Source: an uncultured delta proteobacterium (GTDB lineage: Bacteria > Myxococcota_A > Polyangia > Haliangiales > Haliangiaceae). From it: a DNA stretch of 64,000 bases. Location of the stretch: contig CAWKDB010000010.1 of assembly GCA_963848295.1 (NCBI GenBank), positions 2,432,001-2,496,000 on the forward strand, given 5' to 3'. Positions 1-11,651 of this stretch are shown piece after piece. The notes below the pieces were generated by a model. That model was not told the origin of the DNA and made no database searches. It was given only the letters and a program-made list of their open reading frames with translations. The position numbers and the translations under genes are program-made. The first letter of the stretch is position 1. The number at the start of each line of letters is the position of its first letter.

Positions 1-420
1 CGAGATCGCCGCGAACACCTTCACCGACGACCGGTTCTTGGTCGATCCGATGCTGCCCGACGCGGCGAAGGTCTCGTCCGCGCGCTATGCCGCCTATGTG
101 CGCAATTCATTCGCGCGGTCGGACGAGGACGGTGTACCGCATGGTGAACGCCACGACCGGACGGACGGTCGCGTTCAAGACCCATCGGATCGTGAACCCC
201 GAAGAAGCGCTGATGCTGCTCGGTGGCGTGCATACCGACTTCAAGAACACCGAGTCGCCCCGATCAACGCCTATCACGAGTTCAACGAGCTGACCCGCAA
301 CGGCGTGAAGCGCTTCACGACCCCGCTCGGCGCGCAACTACCCGGTGATCAACCTCGAGGTCGGCGGCTTCAAGTACCGCCTCAAGCAAACCTGGCGACC
401 TGCAGAAACTATACGCATGA
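1..420 (+). CDS. GNAT-fold acetyltransferase, WecD/RffC-like (5'-partial, frameshifted)
   Basis: Joined frames read EIAANTFTDDRFLVDP...ARYAAYVRNSF...ALMLLGGVHTDFK...GVKRFTT..SARNYPVINLEVGG; its TGA overlaps the next ATG (ATGA 417-420). Confidence 0.45.
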
Positions 421-1250
421 CGAAAAAGACGATCTCCGACGCGACCGTACATGCCGGGTCTCGATGATAGTTCCGTTCGACAGAGCTGCGCGACCTGCTC
501 GGCACGCACACATCCGCGCGCATCACAGGATTGTTCTCTCGCAGGACGAGGGTCACTCGCAGCTCGGACCAAGTTCATGTCGAGGTTGCAACAGATCAAG
601 ACGACGGAACGCTCGATCCGAAGGACGCCGAGGCCATCAAGCGGACATCGAGAAGTTCCGATCGTCGGAGCACGTAGGCCTAAACGCGTGTCCGCGGTTC
701 CTACGGATGTTCTCACAATCAACGACGTTCAACAAGGGTTCGGTTTCGGCACTGTTCGCCAAATATTCGCCGGCTGATGGCGGTTTCCGCAACTTGCTCT
801 ACAAGCTGCCGCAGGACTTCACCTGGCGACGGTACGAGAACGGGATGTGGTCGGCATCGGCCGATCAACCACTACCCGCGCGGCGGTGGCTTCATGGCGA
901 CGCACACCGATGTCGGCACAGCCTCGGTCCAGCTGCCCGACGCGGGCATGGATCGGCCTCGTCCAGCTGCTCCTGCTCCTGACGAAAGAAGGGCGTGGAC
1001 TACCACGAGGGTGGCGCGTATATCAATCTCGAGGGCGAGCGTTATCTGTTCGAGTCCGAGTGCGAGATCGGCGACGTCGTGATCTACGACGGCCGCGTCA
1101 CGCACGGCGTCGAGGATCGATCCGATGGAGCCACTCGATCTGAGCTGGTTCGCGGGCCGCCATGTGGCGCTCGTCACGCTGTTCAAACACTTCACGAAAG
1201 ACAGCGAAGCCGAGTACAGGGCGCTGATGAGGGCGACCGACTCGAAATAG
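417..1250 (+). CDS. 2OG-Fe(II) oxygenase-like protein (frameshifted)
   Basis: Joined frames give INHYPRGGGFMATHTD (HxD)...DYHEGG...GDVVIYDGRVTHGV (distal His)...GRHVALVTLFK; TAG at 1248-1250. Confidence 0.6.
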
Positions 1251-1368
1251 CGACCTCCACCGATTCCTGGTCTTGGCCTCGGCCTCGGCCTTCGTCTCGA
1301 GCGTGCGGCCAAACGCCGTCGGTCGAATCGTCGCTTCGCGCCGGCGAGAAGCTAGAGTTGGGACGACG

Positions 1369-3703
1369 ATGGCGTGATAGGTTCGGTGCGTCGAGGTGTC
1401 TGGGGGTTGTGACGATCGCGTTTGCGATCACGGCGTGCGGTGACAACCCGGCGGCTCCCTCGACGCCGGCGCACATGATGCCGGCGACGCCGGTGCCGGC
1501 AGTGTAAGCTGGTCCCTCCGTGCGCGGTGCTCGGGCTCCCTGGTCCTCCCGCGATCGCTGTGCGGACGACGGCCAACCTGAACCTGCGTGACATTGACGG
1601 CGACGGCAACCTCGACCTGATTGCCGCCGACGGTGGAGTGAGTCTGCTTCTTGGCCATGGCGACGGTTCCTTCGGCGCCAGCATCGATTCTCCCACCGAC
1701 CTGACATCCGGGAGCGTGGTCTCGGTGGCGATCGCCGATCTCGACGGCGACGGAAAGCTCGATCTCGTCGAAGGCATCCAATTCGGTGCGGCCGCAACAG
1801 GGTCTGGCTCGGCAACGGGACCGGTGGCTTCGCGCCGCTGGCCGATTATCCGATGGGATGCTCACGTCAACGCGATCGCGCTGGCCAACCTCAACGAGGG
1901 ACGGCAAGGTCGACCTCGTGCGCGTCGATCCGACGACCAACACGATGAACGTCCATTCGGCAACGGTGACGGTACGTTCGGTGCCGACACCGGTTATACG
2001 GTTGGCAGCCAGGCCGCGTACGAAGGCGGCGTCGCGGTCACCGAGTCTCGATGGCGACGGTCATCCGGAACGTCGCGGTCGGAACTGGAACAGCCGCACG
2101 ATCAGCGTCCTATACGCGGCAACGGCGATGGGACACTTCCAGCCCAACGTCGACTACGACACGAATGGCGGCCCCACCATCATCGCAAGGGATCTAGACG
2201 ACGATGGCCACGTCGAGCTTGGTAGTTGGCGGCGACTTCGCTTTACGCGTGCTGATGAACAATGGTGACGGCGCGCTTCGCGATCATATCGACTACTCCG
2301 TGTCGGACGAGATCACCGCCTTCGCGATTGGCGATGTCGACCTCGACGGCAAGCTCGACGTGGTCGGTGCCGAAGAATCGTCCAACGAGGACGGCGCCAT
2401 GCTGGTCTTTGCGGGCAATGGCGACGGAACGTTCCAGTTCCGCGGTCGTCACTCCCAGTCTTTGTTGGGCGCAAATGGAATCGCAATCGGCGACATCGAT
2501 GGCGATCACGCTCCTGATCTGGTGATAGCGAGTTCCGCTCTTCTTGTTTGGCGAGCATCGTCGAGAAGTAACGGCGGCGGCAGCTTCGGCTACAACGCGT
2601 ACCTGATGGATAGATAGAAGCAAAAGGGATGTCGCCGCTGCAAGATCTCGACGGCGGATGGATATGTCGACCTCGTCTCGACAGGGGGCAGCAGCTCGAT
2701 CGACGTCGCCCTCGGGAAACCCCAGGGCGCGTTCAAATCGCTGGTCAGCTACCCCGTGGCACCACCACGGGCGCCATCGTCGTCGCCGATATCAACGGGG
2801 ACGGCCTCTTCGATCTCAATAGATGTCGGTCTTACCCTCGGGAAATGGTCCTGGCGTCAGCGTGCTGCTCGGAAATGGCGATGGGAACGTTTCAAAATCC
2901 GGTTGGCCTACGCCGCTCACCGTCCGCGCGATGTACGAATGGGCGATTCGGAGACTTCACCGGTGACGGAAAATCCGATCTCGTTGTCGGCTCCAGCGGA
3001 TCCGAGGGTATGGGCGGCATGGGCGACGGTAGCGGTGGACCTCTACGCCGGGACCGGCGACGGGACCTTCTACGAGGCCCGTACGAAGTCATGGACTACA
3101 GTAGCTATAGACACGATTACTTTGCTGTAGCTCTCGGCGATTTGAAAAACGACGACGGCAGACCAAGACGTTCTGGTTTCCCACGGTCGAGGTCTGTGCG
3201 ATTCGAGTCCGGCTGCCACAAGGAACGGCCGGGGTCGATGTGCTGCTTAACAAGAACGGTGGTGATGTCGGGGCGCCGATTCGAACCGCGTTGCCCGTTA
3301 GCTACTCGTTCCTGTTCGCCGATCTCGATGGGGGACGGGAACTTGAGCATCGTTACCGCGGGAGGGCAGCAAGGCGTGTTAGTCGCGCGGGGCAACGGCG
3401 AGTGGCACGTTGCAGCCGGCCTGATGCACCCGGACTCTTCGCTAGCTTCGCTAGCCCAGCAGGATCCCGGACGTCACACGGGGACGGCAAGCTCGACATC
3501 GTCTTGTACGACTCCGAATTCACTGGCGGCAACCTGAGCATATTGCCGGGAAACGGTGACGCAACGTTTCGACCGGCTGGATCTATCCCGATGCACTCGG
3601 TATCGGACGCGCTACCTTCGCGGACATCAACCGAGATGGTCGCCTGGATCTCGTGACGCCCGACGACACGTTCGGGATCTGGTTTGCTCGCTGCCTACAC
3701 TGA
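1369..3703 (+). CDS. FG-GAP/VCBS-repeat lipoprotein (many frameshifts; start uncertain)
   Basis: Lipobox-like AITAC; repeated D(I/L)(D/N)GDGxLDL and GNGDGTF motifs spread over ORFs 1527, 2204, 2629 and 3240. Confidence 0.75.
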
Positions 3704-3715
3704 GCGCGCAAGCCG

Positions 3716-3939
3716 TCACGGAGAGAGCTCGAATGCTCCCATGTCACGGGCCGCCCCTTGAGGGCGCACGTGCCCATCGAAGTCGATGTCCTCCGTGGAT
3801 GCAGGATCGGCCGCGCCCACCACTAAGATATCACCAGCTGTGAAACTCGCCGGGTATGACGATCGAGTCATTGATCGAGAGTCCGGCCTCGCAGTTCACA
3901 GAGCTGGCGATGACGGTCGAGGAACAAGCGATCGCGACG
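3716..3939 (-). pseudogene. C-terminal fragment resembling a choice-of-anchor Q ending
   Basis: Minus strand ends ...PASTEDIDFDGHVRPQGAARDMGAFELSP* with no clear start; could be a frameshifted tail of the upstream gene. Confidence 0.4.
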
Positions 3940-4457
3940 CTAACAGTCTTGTTCAAGATCATCCGCCGCCCGAGAACTTGTGAACTTCAACTCAACCGTG
4001 CCACATCCGCCTTGGGTTAGCGCGACGGCGACATTGATGCTCGCTCCAGAGCCGAAGAGCTGGATCCCCGCAAACCCGTAGAAACACGAATCGGGCGGAT
4101 CGGTGACGACGAGGCCGCAACCGGTATCCAATTCCGACACCGTCGCCGCGCTCCCCATCTGGCTCGCGTTGATTTCCCAGCCGGACTCGCCTGGGCCCGG
4201 CGGTGATGCGATGACGGTCACGCCAACTGACCGCAGGCTCGTGCCGGCACACGTCGTGACAACGATCCCGTTGCATGTATCCACTGTCACGCTTCCAGCA
4301 GCCGTACTGACGGTGGTTATGTCCGCGCACAGGTCGGTTGGGTCGGGCGTAGCGTCGACCGCGGGGAAGGTCCGGACGCGTCCGCAAGGGGCGCCGGATA
4401 ATTGTCGCGGCACGCGGTAACCGAGAGCACCAACAAGCCAGCCCCCAGCTTACACAT
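3940..4457 (-). CDS. Hypothetical Cys-containing lipoprotein (frameshifted)
   Basis: GGAGG precedes ATG 4457 (MCKLGAGLLVLSVTAC); joins ORF 3940..4413. Confidence 0.5.
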
Positions 4458-4485
4458 CCTCCGTACTCTACCAATGATCGCCGGG

Positions 4486-6784
4486 TTACCGCTCCGAGAC
4501 CTCGACGTGACGCAGCTCGAAGCCGGCGTGGGTGCCGCGCTTCACCGAGACGATCACGCGCAACTCGCGAACGTCCTCCGGCACTCGCGGTGCTGCCGGC
4601 GAACACGAACCTGTGCGCGGAATAGCCGGGGACCAGCGTCACCGGGCCAGAGAAGCCGAACTGTTGCGCCGCGGGATCGAGCCCCCAGCGCCAGCGGATC
4701 GATCGGTTGGTCGCGGTCTCGGCGATCACGTAGAGGCCGATGACGTTCTCGGGATCGACCAGCGTGAGGTCGAAACGCGCCGCGGCGAGCCCGTTGACAG
4801 GGACCTGAACGCCGGCGTGCTCGCCGTGGCTCTCCGATCGAAGCGCACGGATCGCTGCGCCGCCGCGTCGACCGTGAAGCGAATCCCGCCGTCGACTGGC
4901 TCGACCGCGGCCTCGAGGCCGCATCGCGGAACGGGCAAGATGTAGCGGTCGTACGGAGCCGTGAACGCGATCGAGTGGAACGCGCGATCGGAGACATCGG
5001 GCGGGCCGGGCAACTCCTCGGCGAACAGCGCGAGTTGTGCTTCAGCAGTTCCATTCGTCGCTGCCGCGCACGAGTGGCGTCGTAACCAGCCGGATACAGC
5101 TCGGAGCGCAACGCGATCGGCATTCCGGCGGCGGTGTCTACCAGCGACATCCGGATCGCGGGTCGTGAAGCCGGCGCCGGATCCACTCTTCGAACACCTC
5201 GTGCCCGTACGGCGTCGCGACCATGTACGCGTTCGGATTGTCGATCATCTTGCGCAGAAACTCATGGCCGCTGTGGATCCCGAATCGCTCGACATACTCG
5301 AACCACGGCGCCGGTAAACGTTCCCCAGCCGCTCGGCAGCGCATCGTAGCCGCGAGGATCCGCGAGCAGCGGATCCATCTCGGCGGTCCCGATGCCCTCC
5401 ATCACCATGCCGTGGCGCGCGTTCACGCGATCGGCGAACGCGTGGAGCGCCGGGTGATACGGCCATGGCGTCGCGATCGGTCCACATCAGCAGATCGCGC
5501 GCCCACGCGAACATGAACAGCGAGACCACGAGCACCGCGAGATCGCCGCGCCGAGGGCTATCTGTCCGAACGCGCGAGCGGGTGGGCGACTCGCGATCTC
5601 GCCGGCGATGATCACGAACATGCCGAACGCGGCCACCGTATAGAACGACAGCGACACGCGCTGCGGGAACCGACTCATCGCGGCGATCACCACCGGCACG
5701 ACCATCAGGAACACCAGGTAGCCGAGGCTGAGCACGACGCCCCGCCTACGATCGATGCCCCCGAGCCATGCGAGCGCGAGGCCGCCGACGATCGCGGTGA
5801 GGAACAGCCACACGCTCGCGGCAGATTCGCTCGCGATGCCGCGCAAGACGTCGTAGCCCTCGGCGAGACCGAGCGACGACGGAACACCGCCGGTGTCGGC
5901 GAGCCGCTTGACCTTCTCAGTCGAGAACTCGGTGTCGTCCGCCAATAACCAGGTCGAGAAGTCTCGGTACTCGTCGACCGTCCAGCCGGCGCGGGTCAGG
6001 AGCTCCGGTGCGCGCGATGTCTAGGGATGCGAACGCCGCAGCGCCGCTGATCCGGCCGCGCTGACGGTTGAACTCCTCGTGAGTCGGCGCCGTGGGATTG
6101 CGAGATACGATCTCTGGATCGCGAACACGATCGCGATCGGCGCGAGGAACGCGATCACCGCGCCGGCCGCGGGAGGTGGCGGCGTCGCAGGAAGCGGAGG
6201 CCGACCCACACGAGCAGCGGCAACACCGCGGCTGCCACAGCCGCGATCGCCGCCTCGCGAAGCGCGAAGCCCGCGACGAACAGCAGACCGTAGATCACCG
6301 CGCGCACGATCGACACGCGCGCTCCCGTCGCCCGGCAGGTCTCGAGGTGAGCGACGAACGCGACCAGCGCGGTGCCCATCGCCGAGATCGATACGGTCGT
6401 CCACGTCACTCCAATCGCGAGGATCGCGTGACTGGCCGCGAGTACCATCGCGCCGAGTAACGTCGCGACGCGCCCGAACCCGGGACGTTGGTCGATCAGC
6501 TCGAGGCAGCTGTGGATCAGCACCGCCCCGGTCGCGACGATCAGCGCGTAGAGAAACAGCCCGTACCACGGCAGGTCGCGCAACCGGTACAGCGCGACCA
6601 GCACCCAGTTCAGCACCGACGACATCCACGGCGTGAACATGCCGAGCCGGAGGTAGAGCACGAACCCCGGATCGTCGTTGACGAGGTAGGCCCGCGGCAG
6701 CAGCGCGGCGATCAGCACGACCATCGCCGTCGACACGGCAAGCGCGATCACGACTCGACGAAGCTGGACCCGCGACCCCACCAT
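4486..6784 (-). CDS. Polytopic membrane protein, GT-C-like (frameshifted)
   Basis: AGGAG RBS; N-terminal TM then VNDDPG; many TM segments (ORFs 6155-6784, 5487-5945); soluble C-terminus ending GFELRHVEVSER*. Confidence 0.6.
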
Positions 6785-6881
6785 GGCTGCGACTCTCCTA
6801 GTCGATTTCTCCGGTCATGTCCATGAGACTCCTGGCCTTCGATCGGCTGACCGCACGCGCGAGTGCTAGGGTCGGCGCAGC

Positions 6882-7748
6882 ATGGATCGCCGAGAGCAGG
6901 TGCTCGATCGAATTCGGCCCGCCCTCGTCTGCCCGGCGTGCCGGACCGAGCTCGCAGGCGAGTTGCGGGGCGATCTGCGCTGTGCCTCGTGCCAAGCGAT
7001 CGCGCGCCGCGAGCGCGGTGCGTTTCACTTCCGCGGCCTGTCCGACGACACCCAACAACAGGACTGGCTCAACGCCGCCAAGGCCAAGGCCAAGCACGCG
7101 CTGGGTCGGTTCTATCCGGTGGCGATCGATGCGCTCGCGCCGGTCTACTCCAAGCCGGGTGCACGCGGCTTCGTCGCGACGTTCGGAGCGGATGACCTCA
7201 TCTGCGACCTCGGATCCGGCACGAGCACGTACGGCGACAACGTCGTGTCGATCGACGGCTACGCCTACGACAACGTCCACGTGATCTGTGACCTCGCCGC
7301 GTTGCCGTTCGCGGACGGCTCGGTCGACGGCATCATCAGCCAAGCGGTGCTCGAGCACGTCCCCGACCCGGCCGCTCACGTCGCCGAGATGTTTCGCGTG
7401 CTGCGCCCGGGTGGTCGCGTGCATTGCTTCTTCCCATTCATGCAGGGCTTTCACGCATCGCCCCACGACTACAGCCGGATGACGGTCAACGGGCTCAAGC
7501 ACCTGTTCGCCGACTTTACCGATTGCGAAACCCGCGTCGCCGGCGGCCCGACGTCGGGGTTGCTCTGGACGCTACAAGAATGGATCGCGATCGCCGGCTC
7601 GTTCGGCAGCGAGCGGCTGTATCGCGCGATCGTGCCGCTCACCTGGGTGCTCTCTCCGCTCAAGTACATCGACGTCGTGCTGATGAAGCATCCATCGGCG
7701 CACGTGATCTCGTCGGGGTTCGTGATCGAGGGGACGAAGCCCGCCTAG
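6882..7748 (+). CDS. Class I SAM-dependent methyltransferase with N-terminal Zn ribbon
   Basis: CPAC/CASC pair; DLGSG motif I; LPFADGSVD; VLEHVPDP; RVLRPGG. Confidence 0.85.
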   Translation: MDRREQVLDRIRPALVCPACRTELAGELRGDLRCASCQAIARRERGAFHFRGLSDDTQQQDWLNAAKAKAKHALGRFYPVAIDALAPVYSKPGARGFVATFGADDLICDLGSGTSTYGDNVVSIDGYAYDNVHVICDLAALPFADGSVDGIISQAVLEHVPDPAAHVAEMFRVLRPGGRVHCFFPFMQGFHASPHDYSRMTVNGLKHLFADFTDCETRVAGGPTSGLLWTLQEWIAIAGSFGSERLYRAIVPLTWVLSPLKYIDVVLMKHPSAHVISSGFVIEGTKPA

Positions 7749-7749
7749 G

Positions 7750-9723
7750 CTACTTCACCTTCTCGATCACGAGCTCGTGCAGCGCGATCCGCGCGCCGCC
7801 GTGATTGGTCGCGATGGCCTCGATGTTGTTGCGGCGCGTCGCGAGCTTGACCCGCATCCGGACGACCTCCGAGCGACCGCGATCCAGCTTGCTCGCGTCG
7901 ACCTTCGCACGCGCGAGGAACGTCGGGCCGCCGGTCGCGGTAACCACGAAGTCGATCTCCCCGGTGGACTCGACGCCGGAGCCGATCCAGCTGATGTCGT
8001 AGGTGCCTTGCGGCAACGCGATGTATGGACCGTAGACGATCGTGCCTGGCTCCCCAGTCGCCACGAGGTCGCCACCCGCGAGCACCGCCTTGTCGTGGAT
8101 GAGCTGTAGGTGCTTCGCCGCAAGATGCATCGGAAATACCGCGTCATCGCCATCGCGGATCGGGAGCTCGAGCCAATCCATGTCAGTGTCGGCGGTGCGG
8201 TAGATGTAGATGTCGTAGGTACCGCCCACGGCGAAGCGCTCTAGCTCGGGGCCGAGCGTCAGTTGGATCGCATCGCGCTCGACCTTGCTGCGCCCGGCGA
8301 CCACGAAGAATCGATCGGGCACGGTCGCGCGATCGAAGCAGCTCGTGTCGGTGAGCCAACGCGATGGAATGATCGCGTGCCAGAACGTGACCGGGCAAGC
8401 GACCACCTCGCCGCCCGACTCGAGCGTCAACAGGCTCGCCGCCAGGTGGATCGCGAACCCGCGGTGCAGCCCGCGCTGTGCCAGCGCGTCGGCAATCGGT
8501 GCGATCGCGAGCGCGTCGGGTCGCATCGCGGCGAGCGGCGGCTGCGGACGCGCGTCCGGCACCGCAACGAGCGCGGCGATCGGGATGGCGACGAGCCATC
8601 CGGTCGCGAACCGGCGCACGAGCATGCGCGCGTCACCGAGGGTATCGACCGCGATCAGCACCGCGAGCCCCACGATCGTGACGAGGCTCGGGATCAGATA
8701 CCGCACCGACGTCACGTTGCTGAGCACGGTCCCGAACACCGAAAGCGCGAGCACGATGACGAGCTGCACGACGACGATCGCGCCGACGAACTTGCGCGCC
8801 GTGATCGCACGCGAGCTGACGACGTCGCGAACCAGGAGCGCGATCGCGCCGGTGACGAGCAAGAGTCCGGGCAGCGCGCGCACTGCGGACTCGTCGCCGC
8901 CGCACAGCGCGACGAGCCCATCGCGCAACAGGCGCAGGTTCATCGCGATGCGCTTGGCGTCAGCGAGCTCGAACGCCACGTAGCCGGCCGGATACGCGAA
9001 CGTAACGACGGGCACGAGCACGAGCTTGTAGATCGCGAACGCGACCAGCCACGCGCCGAGTGCTGTGCCCGCGACGGTGCCGCGCATCCGCAGGCTGACG
9101 TCGCGCCACGGCCACGCGCAAGCCACGAGTACCGGGGCGATCATGAACACGATCGTGCGAGACGGGTTTTCCATCGCGAACACCGCCACGAGCGCCCCGC
9201 CGAACAACAAAGCGCGCCTGCGACCCGTGCCATCCGCGAAGCTCGCGAGTTGGGTGAACGCGAGCAGATACATACACGCGCCGAAACCGTACGCGAGCTG
9301 GACGTACTCGAAGTCGATGTGCGAGTGCGACCATGCCATCGAGGCCGCGATCGACGCGAACACCGCGATCCAGCGCGCGCTCGCGAGCCGGCGATAGGAC
9401 GCGGTGAAGACGACGAGCTGAAACGCGAACCCGAGTACGAGTGACATCCACAAGCTCGCCTTGCCGACACCGGCGATCGCGACCGGCAGCAGCGCGAGGA
9501 GGTGTTGCCCGATCACCCAGATCTCGCCGTTCGCGTAGTACCAGTCGGTCGCGACCGGAGACTTGGCGTGCAACGCCTTGTCGGCCAGGAATACGATCAC
9601 CGTGTCGTCGGGGTGAAGGCGCGCCGTGAAGGCAAACCCGAACACGTAGATCGCGACCGCCGCGAACACGAGGCCGGTCGCGACCACCACGATCCGCAAC
9701 CATGGCTGCAGCGGCTGCGTCAT
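7750..9723 (-). CDS. Polytopic membrane protein, GT-C-like, with C-terminal beta-rich domain
   Basis: 657 aa; TM1 then HPDDT and DWYYANGE; multiple TMs; C-terminal YGPYIALPQGTY. Confidence 0.65.
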   Translation of the reverse strand: MTQPLQPWLRIVVVATGLVFAAVAIYVFGFAFTARLHPDDTVIVFLADKALHAKSPVATDWYYANGEIWVIGQHLLALLPVAIAGVGKASLWMSLVLGFAFQLVVFTASYRRLASARWIAVFASIAASMAWSHSHIDFEYVQLAYGFGACMYLLAFTQLASFADGTGRRRALLFGGALVAVFAMENPSRTIVFMIAPVLVACAWPWRDVSLRMRGTVAGTALGAWLVAFAIYKLVLVPVVTFAYPAGYVAFELADAKRIAMNLRLLRDGLVALCGGDESAVRALPGLLLVTGAIALLVRDVVSSRAITARKFVGAIVVVQLVIVLALSVFGTVLSNVTSVRYLIPSLVTIVGLAVLIAVDTLGDARMLVRRFATGWLVAIPIAALVAVPDARPQPPLAAMRPDALAIAPIADALAQRGLHRGFAIHLAASLLTLESGGEVVACPVTFWHAIIPSRWLTDTSCFDRATVPDRFFVVAGRSKVERDAIQLTLGPELERFAVGGTYDIYIYRTADTDMDWLELPIRDGDDAVFPMHLAAKHLQLIHDKAVLAGGDLVATGEPGTIVYGPYIALPQGTYDISWIGSGVESTGEIDFVVTATGGPTFLARAKVDASKLDRGRSEVVRMRVKLATRRNNIEAIATNHGGARIALHELVIEKVK

Positions 9724-11594
9724 GACGGGGGCGCGCAGAGCGGCTCGATCGCGAGCGACCTGACATCGGCGCGCGCCTCGTTCTTGTCGAACCGATGCTT
9801 CGTGAACGTGAGGGTATTGATCCCGGCGTGGACCACGTTCTGCGGAATGACGAACGAGGGCCGGCTCGTGGGCTCACACGGTTCGCTCGTGAAGTCGCCG
9901 ACCGAGACCTCGAGCACCGCGGGCGCGACCAGCTCGAACGTCACGCGCACGTCGCAGGCGCGCCCGAGGCGGACCAACAGCTGGGCACGCCGCACCTCTT
10001 CGCCGTCGAGAGCGACCAACCCGCGACGGGTCATCATGGTCTCGCACGCGTTACCACGCGGCTCGCCCGGCCTCGTCTCGCGCGATGGGTTCGCGCACGG
10101 TACGTAGCCGTCGAGGCTGAACACGGTGACGTTCTGCTTCGTCGTCCAGCTGCCGCCCCAGCCGAGCAGTCGCGGAATCGCCGACGCCGGATTGGTGGGC
10201 GCGAGCTCGTGCGCGACCGGCACCGTGCGCGCGATCGCATCGAGCACCGCGGCGCGTTCGATCCGGTAGACGTCGAGGGTGCCGAGATGGAGCACGCGCC
10301 TCGCACCGATCGCGGTGAGGTTCGGCACCACCTTGCTCGCGGCGCGCAACGCCGATCGGGTCTTGAAGACAACGGCGTGCGCGTAGTCCGTGCCGGTGGC
10401 TGCCAGCGCTTTGAGGACCTGGCGCGAGGCTGCCACCGCGTCGCCTGTGGTCGGCGCGGCCATGCGATGCCGGCCGAACGCGAGCTCGACCGGGCCGTCG
10501 ACCGGGAGGTTCGACAGGATGAAGTCGTCGCGGTCGTAGGCGTCGAGGTACGCGTTTGCCCGCGCGACATCGTCGCGATCGAGCAGCGAGCGCGGGTGCG
10601 CGAGGATCGTGTAGCCGGCCCACGCAGGCACGAACGCGAGCCACGCGATCGCGAGCCCTCGGCCGACTGCGGGGTGCTCGAGCAAGTGCGATACGGCGAG
10701 CGCCGAGCCGATCGCGTAGAACGGCAGCATCGCTTGTGCACCGAGCATCTGGCCGAGGTCGGCGCGGGGATAGACGAGCACCGAGAGCAGCGCCGCGACG
10801 AACAGCCACGCCTCGCCGAACGCGGCCTGCAACGAGCGAGTGCGCGCCGCGCGATAGAGCATGTACGCGGCGGCCGCCCAGAACATCGGCGTGAACAGCA
10901 CGGTGAAGCGTCGGACGAGCGCGAACGCGGGCACGACGATATGCGCCGGCGGCGCGTGGCTGATCACGAATTCAGCGAGCTGGTTCGGCGCGTCGGCCGG
11001 GCTCGCCCACGCTCGCAACGCGAGGCCGCCCGCGCAACCGATCGCGAACGCCACGATCGCGATGCTTCGATCGTGCTCGGAGCGCCGGAGCGCGAACCAC
11101 GCAGCCGCCGGCAAGAACAGCCAATAATCCGCCGAGCTCGCGAAGCACGCGCACGCGGCGACCAGCGCGAGCGCCGAGTAGCCGAGCTTGCGAGTCGCGA
11201 GCGCGCGAGCCAGCGCGGCGAGCGCGACGAACGCGGAGGCTTCCGCGACCGGCATGCCGTCGAGGCTGTCGGCGTACATCAGCCAGAGCAGATTCGTCGC
11301 TGCGAACGCCGCGGCGAGCAGGCCGACGGTCTCGTTCCAGGTCCGGCGCGCGTAGTCGTAGAGCGCCGCGATCGCGACCGCCGAGCCGGCGAGCGCGAGC
11401 AACCGCAGCGTGACGAGCCCGCAGCCGCCGAACCGGCCGAGGAGCACGTCGGCATCGGCACCCGGATCGCCGAGGTCGAGGCGAAGCGGCTCGGTGACGT
11501 GGAGCACGAGATAGCCGAACGCGAGCGCGACGCTGCCGAGCACGTAGGCCCGCAGAAAGCGGGACGTTCTCGTGTCTTGTCGCTCGCGCACCAC
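9720..11594 (-). CDS. ArnT/PMT-like (GT39/GT83-type) membrane glycosyltransferase
   Basis: 624 aa; RLLALAGSAVAIAALYDYARRTWNETVGLLAAAFAATNLLWLMYADSL matches the PMT_2-type pattern. Confidence 0.65.
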   Translation of the reverse strand: MVRERQDTRTSRFLRAYVLGSVALAFGYLVLHVTEPLRLDLGDPGADADVLLGRFGGCGLVTLRLLALAGSAVAIAALYDYARRTWNETVGLLAAAFAATNLLWLMYADSLDGMPVAEASAFVALAALARALATRKLGYSALALVAACACFASSADYWLFLPAAAWFALRRSEHDRSIAIVAFAIGCAGGLALRAWASPADAPNQLAEFVISHAPPAHIVVPAFALVRRFTVLFTPMFWAAAAYMLYRAARTRSLQAAFGEAWLFVAALLSVLVYPRADLGQMLGAQAMLPFYAIGSALAVSHLLEHPAVGRGLAIAWLAFVPAWAGYTILAHPRSLLDRDDVARANAYLDAYDRDDFILSNLPVDGPVELAFGRHRMAAPTTGDAVAASRQVLKALAATGTDYAHAVVFKTRSALRAASKVVPNLTAIGARRVLHLGTLDVYRIERAAVLDAIARTVPVAHELAPTNPASAIPRLLGWGGSWTTKQNVTVFSLDGYVPCANPSRETRPGEPRGNACETMMTRRGLVALDGEEVRRAQLLVRLGRACDVRVTFELVAPAVLEVSVGDFTSEPCEPTSRPSFVIPQNVVHAGINTLTFTKHRFDKNEARADVRSLAIEPLCAPPS

Positions 11595-11651
11595 GGCCCG
11601 GTGACCTCATACCACGCCACCTTCGACGGCGACTATGGTAGAGCCTCCGCC

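Noticed and set aside
1..6800. Mass pseudogenisation or programmed frameshifting (also 44500-50600, rmlD, DUF2330 copy 1)
   Set aside because: Scattered single-base indels hit conserved genes whose motifs are otherwise intact and cluster by region, so long-read consensus error is the simpler explanation
6798..6869. Another CTAG-bounded insert
   Set aside because: It lies between divergent starts; the CTAGs overlap an RBS (AGGAG) and a -10 box, and there is no foreign coding fragment
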